Origin: Cyclobacteriaceae bacterium
GTDB lineage: Bacteria; Bacteroidota; Bacteroidia; Cytophagales; Cyclobacteriaceae
Assembly (NCBI GenBank): GCA_020436085.1
Contig: JAGQYM010000015.1
Location: 3,190-67,189 of the forward strand
Reading direction: 5' to 3'
DNA: 64,000 nt
Position 1 is the first letter of the stretch. Every line of letters begins with the position of its first letter. The notes beneath the pieces are model-generated. The model ran no database searches. It was given only the letters and a program-made list of their open reading frames with translations, and was not told where the DNA came from. Of this stretch, positions 9,608 to 18,983 are shown one piece after another. Position numbers and translations under genes: made by a program.

Positions 9608-9772
9608 GGCAGCGGGTTTATTATTTAGCTATGACATCAATTGTAATTTTCAGGTTGCACGAAAATCAGCCTAATTTACCAATTCAAGTAGCTTTGGAAA
9701 CGCATTTACCAATATCACCTAATTAGAGTCATTTTTCGATCACCCCATCATATTGACGTAAATTGCGGTACA

Positions 9773-12727
9773 ATGGTTATTGCAAATAAAACTACTTTCG
9801 AGAGGCTAATGTGGCGGTTGGTTTTTGTCGTTTTCTTTTCAGGTGCGGTATCCATCCCATCGCTGTGGGCGCAGCAATATTCATTGAGGCAATTCACAGC
9901 GGTGGATGGCCTTCCGCAATCTCAAGTGAACATGATGGTGGAGGACAAGGATGGCTACCTTTGGATAGGAACCAACGGTGGCGGACTTGCCCGTTTTGAT
10001 GGTAATGAATTTAAAGTCTTTACCACCCGCGATGGACTATCTAGTAACATCGTTCAATACCTAAAGCTTGACGCCAGGCAAAATCTTTGGATTATAAATC
10101 CGATTGGAATTACCCGCTACAATGGTGTCGACTTCAAAAAATTTATTCCCGAAGGTGCACATTCCAAACTCAGCATCAGGCGTGTTTTCGAAGTTGGCGA
10201 TTCCGTGTTCTTTGTCAATAGCCAGCGTGCGCTTGGCAAAATATTCAACGACTCCATCTGCTATTGGAATAAGCCGGTAAAGGAAGATCGGCTAATTCTC
10301 TATACACATCTGATGCCTGCCCGTGAGATATGTCTGTATCTCAACGATAGCAGTTTTATGATCAAATCAGAAAAAGGCGAATATACACTCAACCATTCAG
10401 GTTATTTTGATTTCGCATTGTCCATATTCAATTACCAACACGAAGTATGGATCAACACCGAGAAAGGATATTTTTCAATAGACACCAAACAAAAACGATT
10501 CGTCAAAAGAGTGATGGATATTGAAAATGCCATCATTCAGTATGACAGCGTCAACAATGTGTACTGGACCAGAAGTGGGAATAACCTATTAATGGAACGA
10601 AAGACCAAAAACCGACATCGCATCGATACCATCATGCGCGATGTTAATATCAATCAGATACTTCCCGACTCCGAAGGCAACACCTGGATCGGTACAACCG
10701 GATCTGGATTATTTAAATACTACGTTCAGGATTTTGACAAACTTGACTTCGACAAAATCGGCTCGGTATTGTCCATGGAAAAAGGCCGCGATGGATCATT
10801 TTGGATTGGAACGCAAAACCGGGGCATATGGCGCGAGAAAGATGAGTCGATTAGTCACTATGACATCAACTCAGAAATTAATGACATCAGAGAAGACCGA
10901 AACGGTGATCTGTGGGTGGCATCATTCAATGGACTTGGTCGATACAACTCAAAACAAGATCGCTTTAACTGGTACACGCGGGAAGACGGTATACCCAGCA
11001 CCTACATTAATAATCTTGATATTGATGACAAAGGAAATATTTGGTACGGCACCCGTTCAAACGGGGCCGGCTATTTCAATGGAAAAGAATTTCACAATTT
11101 CTCGTTAGAGGAAGGACTATACAGCCGCAACGTAACTGCCCTTAAATATTTTCGGCAATTGCGATCAGTGTTCGTTGCAAGCGAGTTTGGATTATCAGTG
11201 ATACGAAATGACAGCGTCATTCGAAAAATACCATTACCTGAATTCTCTAGTACGATTTTAAACTCAATAAATATCTACAGAGATTCGCTGCTCATGCTCG
11301 GGTCAGGCGGAGGAGGAATCATGTTTCTCGATCCGGTGAGTTTTAAGAGAAAGATTATCTCTTCGCAAAACGGTCTGCCTTCAGACTTTATCTATTTCGT
11401 TACGGCCGACTCCGATGATTACATTTGGGTAGGCACCGAGCAAGGCATCACGAAAATCAAACTCAATAACCATTTTGAAATCGAACAAAACCTGCATTAC
11501 GGACATGAGAATGGACTACAGGGTGTGGAGACAAATAGAAACGCGTTCTTCATCAATGGCGACAAATACTTTGGATTGATTGATGGCGTATACCAATACA
11601 ACGATCTTCCACGAGAAGGTTGGCATTCATTTGATCTGCACCTCCGCGACATAGAAATATTTTATGGTCAGTACTCCAGCAGAGATTATGCCGATAGCCT
11701 CTCGGGATTTTTTCGCCTTCCTTATCAACCCCAAATTCCTGCAGACCGAAACCACATCACCTTCCAGTTCAACCGAGTTGACAAACGTTATCCAAAGTCA
11801 GTTCGATTTAAATACTATCTCGAAAACTTTGACAAGACATGGTCGCAGCCATCCGCAATAGGTTCAGCCACCTACAGCAATCTTCCGCCAGGCAACTACG
11901 TGTTCAATCTCGTGGCTACAGACAACAAAGGCAGCTGGGATAAAACCCCTTTAAAATATGCCTTTACAGTAAAGGCCCCGTTCTATCAAACAGCGTGGTT
12001 TCAAATCGCCATGATCATCCTTTTAGGAGGCCTCATAGTATTGATCTTTTACCTTCGGGTGAGAAAGAAGATTAATAAGATGATGGAGGTAGAAAGAATC
12101 CGACAGCAAGAGCAGGAGAGCCTGCGAAAAGAGATCGCACGGGACTTCCACGATGAGATGGGAAATCAGCTTACCAGAATCATCAACTATGTGAGCTTAA
12201 TGAAGCTGAACAAGAATGGAAATGCTGTCGCACTGTATGATAAAGTGGAGGAATCGGCAAAATATTTGTACACAGGAGCACGGGATTTTATATGGAGTAT
12301 CGATCCTGGAAATGATGAGCTTTCGAAGTTGTTTTTGCATATAAGAGATTTTGGCGAGAAGCTATTTGAAGAGAAAGGAATGATGTACAGGGCGTTAAAC
12401 AATGTTACTCATCCGGTGAAAATCCCCTACGGATTTAGCAGAGAGGCAAACCTCATTTTCAAAGAAGCCATGACAAATGCCTTCAATCACTCAGGTGCAA
12501 AAAATGTTACATTTACACTCAAGCAAGTGGATGACTCTTACGAAATGAAATTGGTTGACGATGGAAAAGGGTTTAGTAAAGACCAACTTGCGAAAATGAA
12601 CGGCCTAAAAAATATGCGAACGCGGGCGGAAAGAATTGGGGGTATTCTGTATATTCAAAGCCGTTCCGGTGCGGGTGCAGAAATAAGCCTAATACTACCT
12701 ATACACATATATAAAGAGAAGATATGA
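9773..12727 (+). CDS. Sensor histidine kinase (two-component regulator propeller + Y_Y_Y + HisKA_3 + HATPase)
   Basis: DGLPQSQV / LWIGT repeats, YSNLPPGNYVF, a TM segment, H-box ARDFHDEMGN, EAMTNAFNHSGA, DDGKGF, GLKNMRTRAERIGG. The start could be ATG 9809. Confidence 0.93.
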   Translation: MVIANKTTFERLMWRLVFVVFFSGAVSIPSLWAQQYSLRQFTAVDGLPQSQVNMMVEDKDGYLWIGTNGGGLARFDGNEFKVFTTRDGLSSNIVQYLKLDARQNLWIINPIGITRYNGVDFKKFIPEGAHSKLSIRRVFEVGDSVFFVNSQRALGKIFNDSICYWNKPVKEDRLILYTHLMPAREICLYLNDSSFMIKSEKGEYTLNHSGYFDFALSIFNYQHEVWINTEKGYFSIDTKQKRFVKRVMDIENAIIQYDSVNNVYWTRSGNNLLMERKTKNRHRIDTIMRDVNINQILPDSEGNTWIGTTGSGLFKYYVQDFDKLDFDKIGSVLSMEKGRDGSFWIGTQNRGIWREKDESISHYDINSEINDIREDRNGDLWVASFNGLGRYNSKQDRFNWYTREDGIPSTYINNLDIDDKGNIWYGTRSNGAGYFNGKEFHNFSLEEGLYSRNVTALKYFRQLRSVFVASEFGLSVIRNDSVIRKIPLPEFSSTILNSINIYRDSLLMLGSGGGGIMFLDPVSFKRKIISSQNGLPSDFIYFVTADSDDYIWVGTEQGITKIKLNNHFEIEQNLHYGHENGLQGVETNRNAFFINGDKYFGLIDGVYQYNDLPREGWHSFDLHLRDIEIFYGQYSSRDYADSLSGFFRLPYQPQIPADRNHITFQFNRVDKRYPKSVRFKYYLENFDKTWSQPSAIGSATYSNLPPGNYVFNLVATDNKGSWDKTPLKYAFTVKAPFYQTAWFQIAMIILLGGLIVLIFYLRVRKKINKMMEVERIRQQEQESLRKEIARDFHDEMGNQLTRIINYVSLMKLNKNGNAVALYDKVEESAKYLYTGARDFIWSIDPGNDELSKLFLHIRDFGEKLFEEKGMMYRALNNVTHPVKIPYGFSREANLIFKEAMTNAFNHSGAKNVTFTLKQVDDSYEMKLVDDGKGFSKDQLAKMNGLKNMRTRAERIGGILYIQSRSGAGAEISLILPIHIYKEKI

Positions 12728-13359
12728 GCTCTGAACCTAAAAAACGCGTCCTGATTATCGAAGATGATCCGGAGATTAGAAGCAGCTTTGCCATGATTGT
12801 CGATAGTTCTCAAAAGTTTACTGTTGTAAACTCTTACGGCAATTGCGAAGATGCAATCAAACACCTTCACACAGACAAACCTGATATTGTGCTCATGGAT
12901 GTTGAGTTGCCAGGCGGCATGAACGGCATTCAAGGAACAAAGATCATCAAGGAAAAAAGCCCAAACTCCGACATCATTATGGTCACTGTCTATGAAGACA
13001 GCGAAATGGTGTACGAAGCGCTGAAGTCTGGTGCATCAGGATACATCACCAAAAGTGCAAACTACATGGAGCTGTTGACCGCCTTGGAGGAGATTACCAA
13101 AGGTGGTGCGCCAATGAGTAGTAAGATCGCTCGAATGGTGATTGACAACTTTCACTTGAACCCGAACAGTCCACTCACCAAGCGCGAAACAGAAATATTG
13201 CAACTTATTGCAGAAGGCAAAACGTACACACAGATCTCCGAAGAACTTTTCATCTCAAAAGAAACTTCGAAGACGCACATCAAGAACATATACTCCAAGT
13301 TGCAGGTACGAAGCAAATCCGAGGCAATTGCAAAAGCCAACCAGGATAAGCTGATTTAA
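12724..13359 (+). CDS. NarL/LuxR-family response regulator
   Basis: IIEDD, VLMDVELPG, GASGYITK, LTKRETEILQLIAEG, HIKNIYSKLQV. ATGA overlap with the kinase stop. Confidence 0.95.
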   Translation: MSSEPKKRVLIIEDDPEIRSSFAMIVDSSQKFTVVNSYGNCEDAIKHLHTDKPDIVLMDVELPGGMNGIQGTKIIKEKSPNSDIIMVTVYEDSEMVYEALKSGASGYITKSANYMELLTALEEITKGGAPMSSKIARMVIDNFHLNPNSPLTKRETEILQLIAEGKTYTQISEELFISKETSKTHIKNIYSKLQVRSKSEAIAKANQDKLI

Positions 13360-13376
13360 AACGTATTTCGTCCTTT

Positions 13377-13435
13377 AGTCGTCACATAATGCCGTCCCTT
13401 TGATATGGGTAGGGCTGGACGACTTTTGGTTTTTT
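13377..13435 (+). terminator. Probable intrinsic terminator after the response regulator
   Basis: AGTCGTC...GACGACT arms with an inner GC stem, followed by TTTTGGTTTTTT. Confidence 0.45.
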
Positions 13436-13480
13436 AATAGGTAGAATAATTTATAGTTTTAGCTTCATTACATTCCACCT

Positions 13481-15964
13481 ATGAAGACTAAAACACTATT
13501 ACTTCTTTCCTTTTTCTTAATTCAAAACATTCTGGTTTCTGCACAACGTAAAAAGCAGGAACAAGCCACTCAGCCCACTGCCGCACAGTCCGCAATATCA
13601 GCTAAAACAGCAGGCATGAAGAAGTTGGAAGGCTACTTCGAATACTATTATGATGAGAAGCAGGATAAGATTCATCTCGTAATCGACAAATGGGATACAG
13701 AATTTTTGTATGTCAATTCCTTATCGGCCGGAGTCGGCTCCAATGACATCGGTCTTGACCGCGGACAGCTTGGCAACGAACGAATTGTAAAGTTCGAAAG
13801 AAGAGGACCCAAGGTCTTACTCACCCAACCCAACTATAAATACAGAGCAGTTAGTGATAACGCAATGGAGCGAAGAGCAGTAGAGCAAGCCTTTGCACAA
13901 TCAGTATTAGGCGGCTTTACGATAGAAGCTGAGGAATCAGGTCGCGCACTTGTTGACGTTACAGAATTTTTCCTTCGCGATGCACACGATGTGATAGGCA
14001 CTCTAAAGAGGATGAACCAGGGAAGTTACTCTCTCGATAAAAGCCGTTCCGCCCTTTATCAGCCAAGGATTAAAAATTTTCCGGAGAACTCCGAGTTTGA
14101 AGCAACCCTTACTTTCTCCGGTCAGGCCACGGGTGCATTAATTAGGAGTGTAGCTCCTACACCCAACGAAGTGACAGTACGCCAGCATCACTCGTTCATC
14201 AAGCTGCCCGATAATAATTATAAACCGAGAAAGTTTGACCCCAGAGCTGGATACTTCGAAATGTCGTATTATGACTATGCCACTCCAATAGGTGAGCCAC
14301 TTGAAAAGCAATTCATCACCCGTCACAGACTGGAGAAAAAAGATCCATCAGCAGCTGTAAGTGAAGCAGTCGAGCCAATTGTATATTATTTAGACCCAGG
14401 TGTACCCGAGCCAGTAAGATCAGCGTTGCTTGACGGTGCCCGGTGGTGGAACCAGGCCTTCGAGGCTACAGGATACAAAGATGCGTTTCAAGTGAAAATG
14501 CTTCCCGAAGACGCTGACCCAATGGATATCCGCTACAATCTGATTCAATGGATTCATCGCTCAACTCGTGGTTGGTCGTATGGTTCAACCGTAGCCGATC
14601 CCCGTACCGGTGAGATCATCAAAGGACAAGTGTCGTTAGGGTCACTACGTGTTCGTCAGGATTACCTGATTGCGGAAGGACTTCTTGCACCTTATGAGGA
14701 AGGCAAACCCGTATCAAAAGAAATGGAGCAAATGGCCGTTGCACGACTTCGTCAGCTTGCTGCGCATGAAGTAGGTCACACCATCGGCTTAGCGCACTCA
14801 TATTCCTCCAGCGCAGAAGGGCGCGCTTCCGTAATGGACTATCCACATCCTCTGGTAAAACTCACGAATGGAAAAATTGACTTGTCAGATGCATATGATA
14901 CCAAAATCGGAGCGTTTGACAAGGTCTCAATCGCATATGGTTATCAAGACTTTCCCGATGGAACAGATGAGGATAAAGCATTAAATGACATCATCCATAA
15001 TTCGCTGAAAGATGGCCTTACGTTTCTTTCCGATCAGGATGCTCGGCCCCTCGGTAGCGCTCACCCATTCACCCACCTGTGGGACAATGGAAAAGATGTG
15101 TCTGATGAGTTAATCAGAATGCTGGACGTGCGTGCGGTTGTTATAAAGAATTTTGGTGAGCGTAATATCAAAATGAACACACCAATGGCGATGCTGGAAG
15201 AAGTTCTTGTACCAATGTATTTCTTCCACAGATATCAAACAGAGGCAACAGCGAAAGTAATTGGGGGATTGAATTATCGATACGCCCTTCGTGGAGATGG
15301 ACAACCCGTAACCGAGTTGATCCCACCAGCACAGCAAATCAAGGCGATCGAAGCGTTATTAAAAACCGTTGACCCCGCTACCTTGGCATTGCCAGAAAGC
15401 TTGATCAAAATCATTCCCCCGCGACCAATTGGATTCAATCGCCACCGCGAAGTAATCACTATCAGAACGGAATTGACATTTGACCCACTATCAGCCGCTG
15501 AGAGCGCTGCAAACATGAGTTTTTCATTGTTATTCCATCCAACCAGGGCAGCTCGTTTAGTAGAGTACCACGCCCGTGACGCGAGGTTGCCAAGTCTGGA
15601 AAGCGTTATCGACAAAGCAATCAGCTACACATTTAAAGCAAATGCGAGAAATGGATATGAAGGAGCAGTGCAGATTACAGTGAACAATGCCTTGTTGACA
15701 AACCTGCTCGTGCTTGCCGCACATGAAGACGCTCCCGTACAAGTCAACGCCATCACCTCTTATGAAATTGACAAATTGAAAACATGGCTAACATCAAAAC
15801 TGAAGACAACATCAGATGAAGATTGGAAGTCACACTACATGTATGCACTGTCAATGATTGATAGATTTGAAAAAAATCCATCGTCATTCAAACAAGACGA
15901 ATTGCTTGACCCTCCTCCCGGTCAGCCTATCGGAGACATAGGCCCTGACTATTGCGGATTTTGA
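13481..15964 (+). CDS. Secreted zinc-dependent metalloprotease (metzincin, DUF5117/DUF4953-type)
   Basis: Signal peptide, HEVGHTIGLAH (HExxHxxGxxH), Met-turn SVMDY, DPMDIRYNLIQW, DPRTGEII. Confidence 0.9.
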   Translation: MKTKTLLLLSFFLIQNILVSAQRKKQEQATQPTAAQSAISAKTAGMKKLEGYFEYYYDEKQDKIHLVIDKWDTEFLYVNSLSAGVGSNDIGLDRGQLGNERIVKFERRGPKVLLTQPNYKYRAVSDNAMERRAVEQAFAQSVLGGFTIEAEESGRALVDVTEFFLRDAHDVIGTLKRMNQGSYSLDKSRSALYQPRIKNFPENSEFEATLTFSGQATGALIRSVAPTPNEVTVRQHHSFIKLPDNNYKPRKFDPRAGYFEMSYYDYATPIGEPLEKQFITRHRLEKKDPSAAVSEAVEPIVYYLDPGVPEPVRSALLDGARWWNQAFEATGYKDAFQVKMLPEDADPMDIRYNLIQWIHRSTRGWSYGSTVADPRTGEIIKGQVSLGSLRVRQDYLIAEGLLAPYEEGKPVSKEMEQMAVARLRQLAAHEVGHTIGLAHSYSSSAEGRASVMDYPHPLVKLTNGKIDLSDAYDTKIGAFDKVSIAYGYQDFPDGTDEDKALNDIIHNSLKDGLTFLSDQDARPLGSAHPFTHLWDNGKDVSDELIRMLDVRAVVIKNFGERNIKMNTPMAMLEEVLVPMYFFHRYQTEATAKVIGGLNYRYALRGDGQPVTELIPPAQQIKAIEALLKTVDPATLALPESLIKIIPPRPIGFNRHREVITIRTELTFDPLSAAESAANMSFSLLFHPTRAARLVEYHARDARLPSLESVIDKAISYTFKANARNGYEGAVQITVNNALLTNLLVLAAHEDAPVQVNAITSYEIDKLKTWLTSKLKTTSDEDWKSHYMYALSMIDRFEKNPSSFKQDELLDPPPGQPIGDIGPDYCGF

Positions 15965-15973
15965 TAAAAATTT

Positions 15974-16008
15974 TGGTTTGACGGAGACTAATGTTCTCCG
16001 TCAAACCA
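15974..16008. terminator. 14-bp perfect inverted repeat between convergent genes (probable bidirectional terminator)
   Basis: TGGTTTGACGGAGA-ctaatgt-TCTCCGTCAAACCA. The loop holds the LytTR stop codon. Confidence 0.7.
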
Positions 16009-16779
16009 TTGTTTGAAATCGTTGACTTTGTCGCGGCTAACAATGATTTCCTTCTCCCATTTGATATTAGGAGTGATCTTGAGGCGACTGTTAGAATACA
16101 CCACCACGTCTTGAATAGAAGAAATGTTAACGATATAAGAGCGATTAACACGATAGTATTGCTTAGGATCCAGAATCTCATCCAGCCCTTCAAGCGTGTA
16201 GTCAATAATAAATTTCCTTAGCTGATTCGTGATCAGGTACACATCCCGGCCGTCCGCAAAAAAGAAACTGATTTCTTCAGATGTGATGGAGCGAATGTGC
16301 TCACCAAGTTTCACCATGAAGCGATTCTTGTAGCTTTTGGCAGGTGATCCCGACAGATTTTGTGTAATCGTTTTGTTCTTCTCCTCGTTCCAACGAAGTT
16401 GAGAACTCAACGACTCCATCTTTTTTAAACTTACCGACAAATCAGTAAACGTGATCGGCTTGAGCAGATAATCAATGCTGTTTACTTTGAAAGCATCAAG
16501 CGCAAATTCATTGTAAGCAGTTATAAAAATAATCGGCTTCTCAATTTTTATCTCCTGGAAAATGCTGAAGCTAATGCCATCTTTCAGTTGCACATCCATG
16601 AAAATGAGATCCACTTCAGCTTGGTGATCGCGCAGCCACTCTACCGATTCTTTAACCGTGTCTATCCGATGAAGAATCGAAATGCCCTCACTGTACTTTT
16701 TTAGATAGCGCTCCAGCTTATCAGCGGCTGGCGTCTCATCTTCAACGATCAGTACATTTAGAGAGAGGGTAGAATTCAT
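15988..16779 (-). CDS. LytR/AlgR-family response regulator (REC + LytTR)
   Basis: LIVEDE, IFMDVQL, IFITAYNEFALDAF, DYLLKP, YYRVNRSYIVN, IIVSRDKV. Confidence 0.95.
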   Translation of the reverse strand: MNSTLSLNVLIVEDETPAADKLERYLKKYSEGISILHRIDTVKESVEWLRDHQAEVDLIFMDVQLKDGISFSIFQEIKIEKPIIFITAYNEFALDAFKVNSIDYLLKPITFTDLSVSLKKMESLSSQLRWNEEKNKTITQNLSGSPAKSYKNRFMVKLGEHIRSITSEEISFFFADGRDVYLITNQLRKFIIDYTLEGLDEILDPKQYYRVNRSYIVNISSIQDVVVYSNSRLKITPNIKWEKEIIVSRDKVNDFKQWFDGEH

Positions 16780-17831
16780 GCGTTTACGTCTATCGGCTGC
16801 TCCGCAGCCACTCTTACGATCGGGAATTTAATATAGTTTTCTTTATTTGCTTTTACCTGAACAAATGGTTTCTCACTGAAAAACGAATATGATCGCTGCA
16901 ATCGTTCAAAAGAGTGTTGACTGTCCTCATGAATGAGAAGGCGATCATTAATCAAGTGACTTAACACAAGATAGTCGTCCTCCATCTCCAGTCGTAATCT
17001 CAAGGGAACTTCCTTTGATATCAAAGTATTTCGGATAATGTTGTCGATTGAGACCACCAAAGAACCAGGAATCAGATGCATGTCCTGCCCCGACAAAGAT
17101 GTTTCAAGTCTGATTTGATTTCCGTACTTGATGTTTTGAATAGCAAGTAAATAGTTGGTTGCTCTCAATTCCTCGTCCAAATCGATCAGCTCCTTATTTC
17201 TATTTACGATACTATATCGATAAATGCCTGCCAGATTGTCGATGAACTCATCGGCTTGATCAGCATTCTTGTGCATCGTCAGAATGAGGCTCTCCAAACT
17301 TTCATACAAAAGACTCGGATTCACGTCATTTTTAAACGACATAAACTCCGACTCAAGGTTTTCGCGCAAAGCCCTTTCTTCTTCAATCTTAATTTTGTTT
17401 TCTCTGAATAGATACAGCTGACTGAAGTAAAGAGTGTTGTAGAGCAAACCACCTGCCCCATAGATCAACAAGAAAAGGTTAAGCTCAGATGAACCAATGC
17501 TGAATCCAATGACCGTTTGAAAGTAAAATGAAATGGCAAAGCCAACCAACGTGAGGGAAACAAGAAGCGTAAGAATAATTTGATAGGAAGCCTGCACCTG
17601 AATTTTGATTTCTTTATTCAAACGTTTGTTCATCAGAATGATCACCAACCGCATCGACTCAAAAGAAATGTACCCAAGCACGATACACACATAGAGTTCC
17701 TGATTGTTAAAAAGCTCATTTACCTGCTCTACAGTATTGTTAATGAGAATAATCAGCAGATAGACCAACACGCCAAAGACCAGTCCCGATCCCAATCTGA
17801 AAAATGCGTTATGGATAAAGTATCTTTGCAT
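16776..17831 (-). CDS. LytS/YehU-like membrane histidine-kinase homolog, catalytically degenerate
   Basis: Four TM helices. The H-box reads KNDVNPSLLYESL (His replaced by Ser), the N-box IDNIIRNT is altered, and no G-box is recognisable. Confidence 0.8.
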   Translation of the reverse strand: MQRYFIHNAFFRLGSGLVFGVLVYLLIILINNTVEQVNELFNNQELYVCIVLGYISFESMRLVIILMNKRLNKEIKIQVQASYQIILTLLVSLTLVGFAISFYFQTVIGFSIGSSELNLFLLIYGAGGLLYNTLYFSQLYLFRENKIKIEEERALRENLESEFMSFKNDVNPSLLYESLESLILTMHKNADQADEFIDNLAGIYRYSIVNRNKELIDLDEELRATNYLLAIQNIKYGNQIRLETSLSGQDMHLIPGSLVVSIDNIIRNTLISKEVPLRLRLEMEDDYLVLSHLINDRLLIHEDSQHSFERLQRSYSFFSEKPFVQVKANKENYIKFPIVRVAAEQPIDVNA

Positions 17832-18904
17832 CAGGCAAGAACCGGTTGAGATGAATATCCTTCGGAAGCAGATTCCGCTTTGATGACAGGAAGCTGCACA
17901 ACAAATTTTTCATTGTCCTTCACAACAATCTTTTCGTTTGTGAAGAATCTGTAGCGATTTTTGATATTGGCTAGCCCTACTTGAAGACTCTGGGCATTAG
18001 TGGCTGCAACAGTTTTTGTGCTGCTCACATTGATCAATGTGTTGTCTTGTGCGGAGATGTAAATGAACAAGGGATGAGCCTTTGAAACCTCATTGTGTTT
18101 TACAGCATTTTCTATCAGCATCTGAATCGCCAGCGGAGGCACCCAGCTGTTCAGAAGCCGAGAGGGAATATTGATGTCAATCTTTAGATGCTCCTGGTAG
18201 CGAACCTGCATCAGATAATAGTACGACTTCACAAACGCCAACTCCTCTGCCAACGTCACAAGCTTCCGTTGTTGGTTATTCATTACATACTTAAAGGTGT
18301 CAGCCATTCGTCTGATAAACTCCTCAGCGACTTCACTATCCTTATACAATAGCGATGATATAGTATTAAGGCAATTGAAAAGATAGTGCGGACTAATCTG
18401 ACTTTTCAGCGACTCAAACTGCAATTCCATTTGCCAACGTTCCGATCGCAGCTGATCGACTTGCGTAATGGCGAAATAGCGATACGAGTAAAACCAGCCA
18501 TAAAACACCTCGTAGATGAAAAGAATAATAACATTGAGAATGCCCAACTTCCAGATTTCTTCGTGCCATTGAGTGTAGTAGACAACAGGGTCAAGACCAT
18601 AAGCCATCGTAACCAACAAATAGCCTGCGAGCGCTACAGCGAAGGAGACAGTAATCACAGTGACAATGAAGCCAACAAAAAACCTCGTGAAGAAAAGCTG
18701 ACGCCAATGGATCAGTTTGTCAAGCAACTTGTCCACCGCGCGAACTAACAGAGCGGCTCCATTTGAGAAAAGAATGCTCAACAAGAAAAATGAAATATGG
18801 TTTTCTAATGAAGGTAAAGTTCCTGTCTCACTGTAGTACAGGTATGCAAAAATTGAGATACCCAGCACTGACACGATAGCAAATCGAATCGTATGCTTCT
18901 TCAT
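17831..18904 (-). CDS. LytS/YehU-like membrane histidine kinase
   Basis: Likely start is 18904 (MKKHT). TM helices, H-box LKSQISPHYLFNCLN, N-box LIENAVKHN, G-box remnant VGLANIKNRY. Confidence 0.88.
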   Translation of the reverse strand: MKKHTIRFAIVSVLGISIFAYLYYSETGTLPSLENHISFFLLSILFSNGAALLVRAVDKLLDKLIHWRQLFFTRFFVGFIVTVITVSFAVALAGYLLVTMAYGLDPVVYYTQWHEEIWKLGILNVIILFIYEVFYGWFYSYRYFAITQVDQLRSERWQMELQFESLKSQISPHYLFNCLNTISSLLYKDSEVAEEFIRRMADTFKYVMNNQQRKLVTLAEELAFVKSYYYLMQVRYQEHLKIDINIPSRLLNSWVPPLAIQMLIENAVKHNEVSKAHPLFIYISAQDNTLINVSSTKTVAATNAQSLQVGLANIKNRYRFFTNEKIVVKDNEKFVVQLPVIKAESASEGYSSQPVLA

Positions 18905-18983
18905 AGGAACAATCCAATTGTGAGGGAGTTGCACAACATTAAACTACCAATTTAAGGTCGAAAAAAATATGGCAGTTGAAAGA

